Shown here piece by piece: positions 38,941-52,052 of a stretch of 64,000 nucleotides of DNA (its first letter is position 1; every line of letters begins with the position of its first letter). Made by a program: the position numbers and the translations under genes. Origin of the DNA: Tubulanus polymorphus (lineage: Eukaryota; Animalia; Nemertea); assembly GCF_964204645.1 (NCBI RefSeq), contig NC_134027.1, positions 19,678,560-19,742,559 on the forward strand, written 5' to 3'. The notes beneath the pieces are model-generated. The model made no database searches, had not been told where the DNA came from, and worked only from the letters and a program-made list of their open reading frames with translations.

Positions 38941-41900
38941 TCAATCGAACCATGTCTGGCTTTAAAAATCCTTATAGAATTAATGTATGTATCTGTTTTA
39001 AAGAACTCGCAACTCCAGGTGAATGGCTCTGCTGGCCATTCATGTTAAGACTACACTGTAATCATTCGCTATGCTGTGCCCTGCTTTAATGTCGGGGAGT
39101 CCGAAATAATTCATTCCGATATTTGTGAACAGTAAGTCGGTCTCTGCCTCGCAGGTAGAAAGGGAAACAGTAGGCTGTTTTTTACTCTTCCAGGAAATAT
39201 AACTACTATCATTAGACAACTTAAAACAGTATCCACTGATACTCTTCCTGTCACACGATGATGCCCAATCAGCATCACAGAATCCAGTGATCAGACCTCC
39301 TCAGTGTTAAACATCTGTCTTTAGTTGCTTTCAAATAACCACATGTTTCTCTTCTCTTAACACTAGTAGGTTTTTTCATGAATTGTGACAGGTAAGTTAC
39401 AATATAGCACAAATCTCGTCGAGTTGCACACATAATGTATATCAGACTACCGACCATTCTCTGATACAATGTTACATCGTCACTATCCAGAGGTATACAA
39501 CTTTCAGAATTGTCACGATATATCTTAAGATCTGACACTTCACATGGTGTATGTTTAATCTTCCGTTCTTCCAATTTGAACTTTACCAGGATTTTCTCAA
39601 TAAAATCTGACTGACACTTAGTTACAACAGAATTGTCAGGATCATAGGTAAATTGGATACCTAGAAGCACAGAGATTTTACTTAAGTCTTTCATCTTGAA
39701 TCTTTGACTCATCGAGGTCTTGAATTTGTTCAATCCATACACGTAACTAGAGACAATTATCAAATCATCACCCCAAACTAGAACAATCATTCTACACTCA
39801 CTTGTGTTTCTAGGATATAGACAATAATCGGCCTGGGACTGGATGAAACCTTGGTCTAACAGATAACCATGCAATACATTATTCCAGTTCCGACCAGACT
39901 GTTTTAATCCACATAGCGGTTTTCTCAGTTTATGTACTAATGGCTCTCCATTTTCATCGGTAACAAGAACCCTCAGGTTGATACATAAACAACTCTGTAT
40001 CTAATGGAGCATTGAGATAAGCAGATTTGACATCCTGCTGGTGTACAAACATTGATACATAAACAACTCTGTATCTAATGGAGCATTGGGATAAGCAGAT
40101 TTGACATCCTTCTGGTGTACAAACATATTGTTCTGTACAGCTGTATGCAGTAGCATACGTACATAAGATAAACGTGTGTCATTTTCCCTAAGTGCCCTTA
40201 TTTCTTCATCCATGGCACTCTGCCATTTATCTGACTCTTGAGATGACATAGCTTCACTATAACAGCTAGGGGATGTACTTACAGCGTAGTAGTAATCTAT
40301 ACAACAATTGGCTACGTCATTCTCATCTAAATCTTCCACATAATCCTCTAAATACCTAGGCTTCGTCCTCTCTTTCGTGGGATACCTTTCTTTACTCCCA
40401 TCAGTTTGGGCATCTCATGGGACTCATAATGAGTAGGATTAGGAATATTGGGTACATGTACTCTATCTCTAGACATGTCCTTCTCGCTAGAATTACATCA
40501 GACCGTGAACATAACACATCTTACAGCTCCAACTGTACCAGTATCTGGGAAAAATACTGAATATGCAGGGCTTTTCTTATCATACCCAATAAATATACCT
40601 CTTTGAGAGCGTGGATCAAGATTTTTCTTATTTTTAACATATGCGTACCACACGCTTCCAAACATATGCATTATACTCAAATCTGGCCTTTTTCAGTGGC
40701 CGCTTCAAAAGCAGTTTTACCAAAAGGATTATTAAAACATCTATTCCGAATGAATGCAGTGCTTGGACAGCGTAAGTCCATAATACTTTTGGAATACCCG
40801 CATCAATGATAAGGCATCTGGCCATATCGAACAATGACCTCCAACTCCTTTCCGACGTCCCATTTTGATGGGAGGCAGATTTCTCAAATTTTATCTTGTT
40901 TTTCACAAGTACTGCCATAAATTCGTTAGAGATAAACTCTCCCCCTCCATCACTACGCATTTAACCGTGCCATAACGGGCAATATCAGCAAGAAATCGTT
41001 CTAACGCATGTACACTATCATCTTTGTGCTTAAGAAAGTAGGGTACAATCAGACCTGAATAGTCATCAACAAAACTTATAGCATAACTATGACCAGTTTT
41101 AGACATAGGCTCAATCTTTCTGGTGAAGTCACAGTGTACAAACTCAAAAACGTTTGCGCCTTTACATCCGGCCGCCTATTACGGAACTGACACATTTTAC
41201 CTTTGGTGTTGGTTTTACACTGAAAATCTGAATAACTCGGATTTTCATATTATCGACACAATTCTCAAGTTTTACAATATCATGGATATTACAATGACCC
41301 ATTATCTTATGCCATTCCTCTAAAGTATGGGACTTATTGAACGCAGCAATTGTGTTATACATATAATATAATCGATCTTATTCTCTAACAGGGAACACTG
41401 TTCCGTCCTTGGTTACAAGTGCACCTGAATCACCACGAAAGGTTACACTGGCTCCGTGACTAGCAGCCATTCGGACGCTAAAGATATTCTGCTTCCACGA
41501 AGGTATCAAAAGCACGTTTTTCATGTTAACCTCACAGTCGTTGCCTTTCGAATCACGAATATTAACTTTCGCAGTACCCCTTCCGGTTGCTAGGATGTTT
41601 ATACGGCTACTGTCGGCTAATTCAATATGATGTTCAACTAACAAACTTATTTATGTCAGTTAAAATGTGTTGTAGTGCCGCAATCGACTAACAACGGATC
41701 CTTGCGTCCTACTTCATAACCCACTGAAGTGATATGTTTTACGGTCATCCTCATCGTTGACAGACTTCACTTTCGAGCTTAGGTGTGGTCTATGATTTCT
41801 GCACTGTTTCACGAAATGACCAGGTTACTGGCAATTATAAAATAGTCGCGGTTCTCGCTCCCATGATTAACAGGGTATTGATTCTTCGGCCTGGCACCAT

Positions 41901-42580
41901 AATACTTCGCTTTTCCGTGGTTTTGGAATTTTAATACGTTATCATCGCTGGGACTACTATTCTTATCAAGTTAGGACTGATGTGGACGCTCAGTCTCGTC
42001 ATAGTTCCGTAATGCCAACTTAAACTCGACGAAATCAACAGTTTCCTTTTGAACAATAACAGTTACAAATGGTTTGTATGAATCTGGGAGGCCTTTCAAA
42101 ACCATCGAAACTAGCAGGCACTGTTCCGACACTGTTTCACAAGGCCCTTGTGGTTTCTGCTCTAAGAACATAGTCAGTAATGGATTCGTCATCCCGTTTA
42201 CTGAGACAAGTTAATACGTGATACAATGGGATAATTTTCGGTTTGCTTTTACCAAAATTATGCTCATCCAGGGTTCTCAATGTTTTTCAACCATTATCAG
42301 CAGCATCCCGTATGATCAGTGATAGACTATGGTCGTCTAGACATTGCATTAATTCTGCATAACAGTCTTTGTTGATCTCGACGTTGGTGGGCTCGACCTG
42401 GCTCGTGATGATGTCATGCAATTTCAGAATGCGCATAAAACCAAGGAATTTTACCTTCCAAAGTTCGTATTTCGATTCATCTACGTCGAGCAAAGGAGTT
42501 TGTATCCTGGGCCCATAACCGGTTGAACTTGGTCCTCCACCTTGGGCCATTTTGGACAGATCGCTTCATGAAACAAACAC
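38941..42580 (-). mobile_element. Ty1/Copia LTR retrotransposon remnant B (gag-PR-IN-RT-RH), GalEa-like
   Basis: gag MAQGGGPSSTGYGP...YELWKVKFLG, GAG-pre-integrase WHKIMGHCN, integrase FVDDYS / RSDGGGEF / QNGTSER, RT LVWGDDL, RNase H DADWAS...SWKSKKQPTVSLSTCEAE. PBS GGTTATGGGCCCAG at 42507-42520. Confidence 0.92.
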
Positions 42581-44591
42581 AAAGACTGAGGTTCTCTCAC
42601 ATCTTACAACACAACTTTATTTCCGGTTGAGTGCACGTATACAAAAAGGACAAACTATTTACCAGCATGAACTATGATCTTACAGTTACTGTATTCTTCT
42701 TCCTATCATCCTTTCTGCTTTCTTTCCCTCTCTTCTCAACTCTCTCCTGTTCCCTCCGGCTCTCTCCCTGAACCAAAAACCTTGGACTTACTAATTTGTA
42801 CATTTCTGACGTTCCTAAACCATGACCCCACCCGCTTCTAACCTAACCCTATTTGGTATGTTCAGTCTGGCTCCTTCTTTTCAACTCCCTCCTGAACAAC
42901 GCTAACCATCTCTTACGAGTCCCTATATTTTGATAATAGCGATTAAATGCTCCTACTTTTCCAACGAAACTCCCACCTTGTGATCTGAGCCATTTGGGCA
43001 CCAGCACACAACTAGTGTGTGCTATTTTCCACACTGCAGACACCTACTTTCTTACTCATACGATTATATTGCCTCTACACTCCCCTGTTTGAAGACATTG
43101 ATAAATGTACGTGATGATGTGTGATGGGTGTCACATTGTATTTACCAAATTTGAATGATGTATCCTCAGATGAACGCCATGTTTCGATTGGATCAGTAGA
43201 AAACCTTTGGATGTCATGACAGGAGTCGTTTGAAAAAGTCATTTCAGTCACCGCCAAAATTGCATCGTTATTGTAATTGTGAATTGAATCTCGGCGTAGT
43301 TTGATATTCTGTAGCACGGAAGCAGTTGGCCGATCACTGGAGGATGGAATATTCACTTTTCCACCTGTTTCACGTAGAACTGATGTAAAAGATTCAGATG
43401 AACTCTGACCCCACTCCCTGAGGTAAATTTCACGGAAGAACTATTAACGGGAAAACCTGGGCTAAAATGAAACGGAATATCTGATTGGCTAATAATTACA
43501 TCATCTAAGCTGCGCATGTAGCTGCACACTCAGTCTAGTGTGGCAGGGTTTCATACCGTGGCAATCTCGATGCCATCAGGTTCAAATTCTTGCCGTGGGA
43601 GGATGTAGGCATCAGACCACCTTGTCTTTTTGACTCTCAGAATCCCATCTTCTCACGATTACTTTGGGTAACTTGGGCCTAACTGAGCTAGTAAAAAACC
43701 AACTACACTACTCAAGACTATCCAGATCCTCCGTCGCCGGCGATGACGTATGGGATATGCTTGCTTTGTCGAATACAACTTTGTTGATTTCCGCTGTAAT
43801 GTCACCGTATCGAGACACCTATGTCTCTGCACATCTTCATATGATTGGGCTAGCACAATTTTTAAGTCAGTTCGCCATCAAGAGATATAATGTATCTTTT
43901 CTGCAGTTTTGTATCCTAGCTTTTTCACTTCTTCCGTGACCAGCTCCAGCCATTGTTGAACTTTTGGGATCACACCCTTGAACACAGGGACTTTGTGGAC
44001 AATATCCGTATAAGTTGGTCACCAGGGAATCCTCCACTTGAGTTTAATGACGATACAGAACTCTTCTCATCATCATCTTTTATCCGCTTTTGTATATTAC
44101 TCATAACCATATTGATTTTGGAGTCAACAGTATTGTAATCATCGTCGTTCCTCACTTTGTTCTTCTCCCTCTTCACTACCGCAGATAATGTAACCCACCT
44201 CACCAGGATTCGAGCCCAATGTCATCAATTAATTCAAATGAAATCGGTATTAGAGGCTGTTAGAGTTACTAATCCTCACTCTATGAGTAAAAATTGGAAC
44301 TAAGTTGAGGCAGACAAGCCTATAGTACGGCCACACACCAGCGGTGCAATGGCTCACCACACCAGCAATTGTAGTAAATGAATATATTTGCGACGTAAAT
44401 ATATGTCACGCATGGTAGCGAAGAGGTTAAGCAATCTCTCAGTAACATCTGGAAAACGCTTTTCAATATCATCATGACAATCCATGGTAGACTGTATTTC
44501 ATTCAATGACTCGTAGATCTTGACTAATTCTGGCTGACTGTTGACTGCTACCTATACTTTTTGATTGAACATCTTCATTATTATTCCGTAG

Positions 44592-44694
44592 TGAATAAAT
44601 CTGGAGCAAATGCTAGCTGAAGGCAAAAAAAGTTATGATTGATTTTGAATAAATCTGGAGCAAATGCTAGCTGAAGGCAAAAAAAGTTATGATT
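44592..44694 (+). repeat. About 55-bp tandem duplication
   Basis: TGAATAAATCTGGAGCAAATGCTAGCTGAAGGCAAAAAAAGTTATGATTG occurs twice. Confidence 0.85.
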
Positions 44695-47600
44695 GGTTTT
44701 ATAGTCTGTAAATGAATAAATCCTTACAGGTAAATACATGTTTGTGGTTTGATATTTTTTCAAAACAGTTTGATGACACTTTGTCTTGTCATTTGAGAAG
44801 ACAACATAGGTTTCTATGAATTATGGGTGAAATTTGGAAGGATGGATTGAAAAGTATTTCAAAGAATTCATCACAAGAATATCGGATGCATTGAATCTTC
44901 GAAATTGAAAGTCAACTTAACCCTGATTAATATCTCCGCTGCAAGGCATAGCATATGGCACCCGTTACATGAGTTTTCAACAGTTCATTAGGGGAAAATT
45001 CCTGCAAATAGTGTTAACCATTAAAAGAATGTGTAAATTTCATCTGGAAAGATTGTTGTTTTAATTAACGACGACCTCAAACTAACCTTAGGAACTGAAC
45101 CGGTTAAAATAAAGAATGTAAGTTTTCTTCTGATCCAGCCCATAGATAATTAATGATAATATAGCATTGTGCATTAGCTTTCGCACGATTACTTCTGACC
45201 ATGTATGCCCGTCTATCAATTCGAAATAAAATTCAATTCCATACTATGAATGTCGACGTCAATCATTGATATCATTGAATCTGGAATAAATCTGTATAGA
45301 GCATCAATTACTCAAATTCAACAAAACGTGTTTATGTATATCTAATGACAGTGCCTTTCAAAAGCCTACGTTCCTTCTCAAATGCAGCCACCATTGGAAT
45401 GTTGGCCAAATGTGGAAAAATATCTAGTTGCCCATAATCTTATACATAACAGAAATGCATGCCCGTATTAAGGAGGGTCAGGGTTCACTTATTCATTAAG
45501 TTCCACTCAAGATGTCAGCCTAAAACTTGAGCATGACTCATTTTTGTAAGTGCTCGCTCGAATAGGTTTCAAACTTACTCAATTAGATGCAGTTTTTGGG
45601 GACAGAAGCAGTGAATGTTGCACCTTGTTTCATCTAATCTTTTAATGATTTTCTGGCGTGGCATTACATGCTTATGTGGCGTATTCATCCCATATGAGAC
45701 AAACTTTCCTCAAAATCCAATGCCCTAAGACAGGACAGGCAATGGGTCTGAAATGCATTATCTTATATGTGCATATGTTATCTGGTTGTATTGAATTTGT
45801 CTCAAGCTTTTAATACGATCTTTCATCGCTGGATCCATTGTTGCTTGCATCTTCTGATTTAGGACGCAAGTTGTAAATTTTTTGAAGGCATTTCCCTAGG
45901 AAATATATAGAATTTATCAACAATTACGAATTTCCAAATGAGTGAAATGGTTTGCACTTTAATGATGAAATTGGCTGGATATAACTAACTTAAGTGATTT
46001 AATTAGTTTGAGTAAATATCTTCTTCGCTTACCTTACAGATTTGAACATTTGGGAAAGATTGTTTCCATTACTGAAGTCCGCTTAAAGTATGGCAGGTTA
46101 TGTTGATCTCTTTTCTTCCGGTAAAATTTTCAGACGTCGACTTTCCGAGTTGCGGATGGAAGCCATGCTTCACCTTTGTGGGGGCATGCTCAGCATTTTC
46201 GGTCAGCTATTTTTAACCAAGCCGATGCTTCGACATTGACAGCTTTTTTTGAACGTGCACCGATCTTAACAAGGATTTTACCGGAGAGAACATCGCTCAG
46301 TGTCACTGCATGAATACTCCGAGTCATCAACCAAGCCTTCCGACACACTCGCACACCTTTCACTGAATAACTCTTCATACTGCCCAATGAATCTTTGATA
46401 AACTGATGACGTTCTCGCCACGATCTCGACCAATAGCTTCGAGGAATTTCCAGAATGTCTTCTCTCAAGAAGCTGTTGCAGTGCTTCTATTTACAGCAAA
46501 GCTTTAAAGCACATGCTATTTGCTTTGCTGCTATTTTCTTCTGTAGTAAGTTTGGTCTAGGATTTGATGAACCTACATGTGATTGCAATATATGTTTAGA
46601 TCTTGATTAGTATTCATCAAGTAACAAACTTAAACATCATCATTGTTTTGTCTAAAAATACTTCTATTTCATATTGATATATTGATATTGTGAATGAGTC
46701 AATAATTCTGAGATAGAATATGTTCTCAGTTTATATTTTACCCTACATTATTTTTACGAATTTACTCCAGTGAACTCCTCCTCCTGCAATCAAGCGTATG
46801 ATTAGTGGAAGGAAGCCTGTGCACTTAGCAATAACTATATCCCCTTCTACTAGTTATCCTGTCCCTTGACTGAAATCCTCCACGACACCACGCTGTTTTA
46901 CATGCAGCAGACCTGAGGGATCATGTGCCCCGCCCATTTTTCGCTTTTCGGACTACTAGTCCTCTTTCTTGTACGGTAAGTATAATTTTGAACCCATATA
47001 TTGAACCCATATTTTGAACCCGTATATTGAACCCATGAGTTTATTAATTTATTTAATGACCCCATAAGTTTAATTAAGAATTAGTGGTTAACAATCTCCT
47101 ATTATGATAATGATTATGGGCACCTTTTTATCTCATAAAATTAGGATTTGACATTAAGATTATAATTTTCTTAGATGGATTGCTTAGCGTGAACTTCCCG
47201 TGTAGATGTTCTAAGAATCTTAAGCTATGGCAACATTCGTCTGCGAGCTGGTGTGCAGATTTGAAGTTTCAACCAAGAAGCAGTTCCAGAAACCATCGCC
47301 CTGCCCAATAAGGATATCGTCCATAATGGTCGTGCTTATTCAAAATTCTGATGGACATTTCGGTCTTCGAAAATCTACATTTGCACATTGATGTGGGGCA
47401 TGAAACCACGCTTCGCTTCTCCCTTTTTTGTTTGCTGTTTATATCACTAAGGATCTGTGTTACCTCGTCGCTAGCTATACTCCCGTATTCTTTAGTCGAC
47501 TTCTGGTGGAGCTGAATTCCAGCATTTACTTTTCCAGTAGAAATATCATTACTACCAACTACTCAAAATGGATACATTAGCCGGATAACTGATGGCAGAA

Positions 47601-47787
47601 AAACCACAACACAAACTAAAGGACTGTATTGATATATAAAGAAACAATTAAAAAATGTATTGTGTATTATAAGTTTATATTATCATTTACATCAAAATCT
47701 ATTGTCTGTTACAGTAATAAGATCATACATTTCGGTTCACCCAACAAGATGATTTGTTATTATTCATGAGTTCATCCGTTCTAACAG

Positions 47788-48620
47788 TTAAGCGTCCAAC
47801 AAAACATTTATTTTTTCAGCTTCACTGACTTTATCTTTCGATGTGGCCCTATGACTGTTTGATTTTGCTACTAAGTTTTGTAGAGCTTTGAAGCTCTTCA
47901 CCGATTCCGCCTTATTTGAGAATTCATCAGCAGATTTTATCAAAGCATCTGCCTCACATAACAGCCTACGTCTCTTAACCATCAGTTCATCAATGTCATC
48001 TCTTTAGGCTTTGCGTTTCATTGATTCATAAGACTTTTTTTCTCTGTCTCTCAGCGTCCAGATAAGCATTGTATCTCTGCCGTGAAGCAGACCCGACATG
48101 ATGAGTTTTTTTGGAAAATTTAAGGTTCAACATGCCACCAATCGGTATTGCTCTTTTATGATTGAAAATCCTCGCTCAATGCCAGCCTGGCCGTGCGATA
48201 GCAGGAGCAAATCCCTACATACACACCATAATTCAACATTTTTGTGATCTTTTGCTATAAGCTGATATGTAAATTCATCAATGCGACATTTATCACTTAG
48301 GTGGTCAAATAGTTGGAATTCAGAGATATTTTCATGAATCTCATCTAAGAACAATACATATTGGGATTTTATGTCATAGCAATCCTGAATTTTCACTTTC
48401 TTCAAATCAACAAGGACCTTGAGGATACGATCGAAATATTCCCTAGATTCACTTTTGTTGTGAAGAAGTTCTTTAGAATCGAGACTTTTTACAGCATGCA
48501 CTAATGGATATTTTGCTGGACATTTGGCTATCAGTTTGGTAATTAAATTTAAAACTGCAGCTTGACAGTCTGAACGAATATACTTTTTTGCGGTTATAAG
48601 TGATTTCAGCGCCTTTCCTG
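47788..48620 (-). pseudogene. C-terminal fragment of a hAT-like transposase
   Basis: LWCVCRDLLLLSHGQAGIERGFSIIKE matches the hAT dimerization-type SxAxxERxFS motif; broken frame. Confidence 0.7.
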
Positions 48621-48779
48621 CAGCAAACGGCCTATAAAGTTACGGAGCCATTTTTTGATTTATCCCCCAGGGGCGTCCCTGGGGGTGTAGTTTCTATTTC
48701 TTCAAATCACTACCAGTCCTGAGGAGAGAATCCCACAATGATAATAAAAAGTCCGAAAATGAAACTTCGAGATAGTAGT

Positions 48780-48825
48780 TTATTCAACGTTTCGACTATA
48801 TCCTAATAGTCATCTTCAGGAATAA
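48780..48825 (-). ncRNA. Minimal type I hammerhead ribozyme (Penelope pLTR)
   Basis: TTATTC-CTGAAGA-T-GACTAT/ATAGTC-GAAACGTT-GAATAA on the minus strand. Confidence 0.85.
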
Positions 48826-49134
48826 TGAGATACTACAGAAATTATGAGATATATATACAATCCAGGGACAAAGAGACTAATTCAAGTAATCAGAGTTGAT
48901 ACAAACTAAAGGAAAATTAACGTAGAAAAAGTTACACGCTAAAATAGATTAAAGGGAAGCAAACTAAGGGGTGATTATAAACAACAATAGTGAGTATAAA
49001 TATAAATGAAACTTAAAGTCAGTAGTAAAAAGAAAGACAAACTAAGGGGCACTTAAATTAAAACAAAGGTGAATACAAGTTAAGTCAGAGACGAAATTGA
49101 TGAGAGAACAAATAACAAATAATCAAAGGGGAAA

Positions 49135-50208
49135 TCAAGTGTTGAGTTTAACCAGTTTACAGAGGAATTTTGATATAAGTTTATTATGGGGTGAAAAACC
49201 ATTGTTAAGGTTTACAACGTTGTTCGAATTTTCAATAATTAATGCAGATTCCAAAATATGTCTTCTAGTTTTATCGCTGCAAGGGTAAACTAATTCAGCA
49301 TTAGCAAAATCAAAATTGTGTGAAGTCTGAAAAACATGACTAGCAACTCCGCTTTCAGGTTTAAAGTTTTTTACATCTAATTTATGCTCTTTTATGCGTT
49401 GATTAAGATTCCGACCTGTTTCTCCTATATATACTTTGTCGCAAACTTTACAAGGTATTTTATAAATTCCACAGTTTAGGGATTCGGTTTTCGGTTTGTT
49501 GTTAATCAATATGTTACTAAGTTTATTATTGTATTTAAAGATGAGTTGTTTATTTAGTGACCGAAGAGAAACTTTAGAATTCTCGAGGAAAGGTACATAC
49601 GGTACAATGATAGGCTGTTTATCGGTAGCCAACGTAGGAGTTCTAAGGTTGTTATTTCTAAAATGCGTAGTACGAGCTTTAAGTAGAGCTTTTTTCAATA
49701 GGAAATCGGGGTAGGCAAGTTTTTTGAGAGATTGGTTAATATGGTGAATTTCATCGGGTAGAAATGAGGGGTCGCAAATTCTCAAAGCGCGAAGAAATAA
49801 TCCTTGAGCTAAACCGAGTTTAATATCCGGAGAAGTAAAAGAGAAGTAATGGAGGTAGGATTCAGCGTTGGTAGGTTTCCTATAAACCGCGAATTTCAAA
49901 AAGGATCCACAGTTAAAAATCAAAACATCCAGAAAAGGTATTTTACTATTAGATTCCCATTCATACGTAAAAGCCAGAGACGGGTAAAGGGAGTTTAAAT
50001 ATATAAGAAAGTTATCAACATTGAAGTCAAAGGGAACCAAAGCCAGAACATCGTCAACATATCTGAGCCAGATTTTAGGGTGAATATCAGTGTAAAGAGG
50101 CAATATTTCAGATTCAACATGTTCTAGGAATAAATTAGCTAGAATAGGACTTAGAGGATTTCCCATAGCGATACCGAATGTCTGTTCGTAAAAACAATTG
50201 TTGAATTC
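49135..50208 (-). pseudogene. Penelope RT (C-terminal part) plus GIY-YIG endonuclease, 5'-truncated, left copy
   Basis: GIAMGNPLSPILANLF, RYVDD, PFLD, VYRKPT and GIYKIPCKVCDKVYIGETGR...RIKEH. Confidence 0.93.
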
Positions 50209-50244
50209 AAAAAAGGAGTCCTTATCTCTATTTGTACGACGGAC

Positions 50245-51271
50245 TCCTATTCTAGCTAATTTATTCCTAGAACATGTTGAATCTGAAATATTGCCTCTTT
50301 ACACTGATATTCACCCTAAAATCTGGCTCAGATATGTTGACGATGTTCTGGCTTTGGTTCCCTTTGACTTCAATGTTGATAACTTTCTTATATATTTAAA
50401 CTCCCTTTACCCGTCTCTGGCTTTTACGTATGAATGGGAATCTAATAGTAAAATACCTTTTCTGGATGTTTTGATTTTTAACTGTGGATCCTTTTTGAAA
50501 TTCGCGGTTTATAGGAAACCTACCAACGCTGAATCCTACCTCCATTACTTCTCTTTTACTTCTCCGGATATTAAACTCGGTTTAGCTCAAGGATTATTTC
50601 TTCGCGCTTTGAGAATTTGCGACCCCTCATTTCTACCCGATGAAATTCACCATATTAACCAATCTCTCAAAAAACTTGCCTACCCCGATTTCCTATTGAA
50701 AAAAGCTCTACTTAAAGCTCGTACTACGCATTTTAGAAATAACAACCTTAGAACTCCTACGTTGGCTACCGATAAACAGCCTATCATTGTACCGTATGTA
50801 CCTTTCCTCGAGAATTCTAAAGTTTCTCTTCGGTCACTAAATAAACAACTCATCTTTAAATACAATAATAAACTTAGTAACATATTGATTAACAACAAAC
50901 CGAAAACCGAATCCCTAAACTGTGGAATTTATAAAATACCTTGTAAAGTTTGCGACAAAGTATATATAGGAGAAACAGGTCGGAATCTTAATCAACGCAT
51001 AAAAGAGCATAAATTAGATGTAAAAAACTTTAAACCTGAAAGCGGAGTTGCTAGTCATGTTTTTCAGACTTCACACAATTTTGATTTTGCTAATGCTGAA
51101 TTAGTTTACCCTTGCAGCGATAAAACTAGAAGACATATTTTGGAATCTGCATTAATTATTGAAAATTCGAACAACGTTGTAAACCTTAACAATGGTTTTT
51201 CACCCCATAATAAACTTATATCAAAATTCCTCTGTAAACTGGTTAAACTCAACACTTGGTTTCCCCTTTGA
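50245..51271 (+). pseudogene. Penelope RT (C-terminal part) plus GIY-YIG endonuclease, 5'-truncated, right copy
   Basis: Same protein from PILANLF onward; the stop reads TGG here, extending the frame by WFPL. Confidence 0.93.
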
Positions 51272-51568
51272 TTATTTGTTATTTGTTCTCTCATCAATTT
51301 CGTCTCTGACTTAACTTGTATTCACCTTTGTTTTAATTTAAGTGCCCCTTAGTTTGTCTTTCTTTTTACTACTGACTTTAAGTTTCATTTATATTTATAC
51401 TCACTATTGTTGTTTATAATCACCCCTTAGTTTGCTTCCCTTTAATCTATTTTAGCGTGTAACTGTTTCTACGTTAATTTTCCTTTAGTTTGTATCAACT
51501 CTGATTACTTGAATTAGTCTCTTTGTCCCTGGATTGTATATATATCTCATAATTTCTGTAGTATCTCA

Positions 51569-51614
51569 TTATTCCTGAAGATGACTATTAGGATATAGTC
51601 GAAACGTTGAATAA
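51569..51614 (+). ncRNA. Minimal type I hammerhead ribozyme (Penelope pLTR)
   Basis: Stem I TTATTC/GAATAA, core CTGAAGA, stem II GACTAT/ATAGTC, GAAAC-GT-T. Confidence 0.85.
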
Positions 51615-52052
51615 ACTACTATCTCGAAGTTTCATTTTCGGACTTTTCATTATCATTGTGGGATTCTCTCCTCATCGCGTCAACACGGATATTGTGTTTT
51701 TACCTATCGTGACTACCAGTCCTACAGTTGTAATGATATCAATTCCAAATTTGGTATGAATGTTTTATGGACCTAGGCCTATAAAGTTACTGAGCCATTT
51801 TTTGGATTTGTCCCCCAGGGCGCTCCTGGGGGTGGAGTTTCTATTTCAAATTGCTATCAGTCCTACATGTTTAATCAGATCAATTCCAAATTTGGTATGT
51901 TCTATGGACCAAGGCCTATAAAGTTACGAAGCCATTTTTTGGATTCGTCCTCCAGGGGGCACCTGGGGGTGGAGTTTCTATTCTTTCACTACGCGCTAAT
52001 CGCTACTTGTCCTACAGTTTTAATGAGATCATTTCCAAATTTGGTATGAATA

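Larger units (their letters stand above)
48721..51711. mobile_element. Penelope-like retroelement: inverted pair of 5'-truncated copies, 12-bp TSD
   Basis: Arms 48721-50149 and 50245-51673 (1429 bp each) are near-perfect reverse complements. ACTACCAGTCCT at 48709-48720 and 51712-51723. Confidence 0.95.

Noticed and set aside
42600-44220. Possible LINE 3' end and gag-like fragments
   Set aside because: Only weak fragmentary motifs; no defensible family call or boundaries.
44800-46500. Possible intron-containing transposase remnant (CRKAWL... fragment)
   Set aside because: Too decayed to recover catalytic motifs or ends, so it is not assigned.
50198-51271. Intact, active Penelope ORF
   Set aside because: The N-terminal RT motifs are missing and the first residues come from junction sequence.
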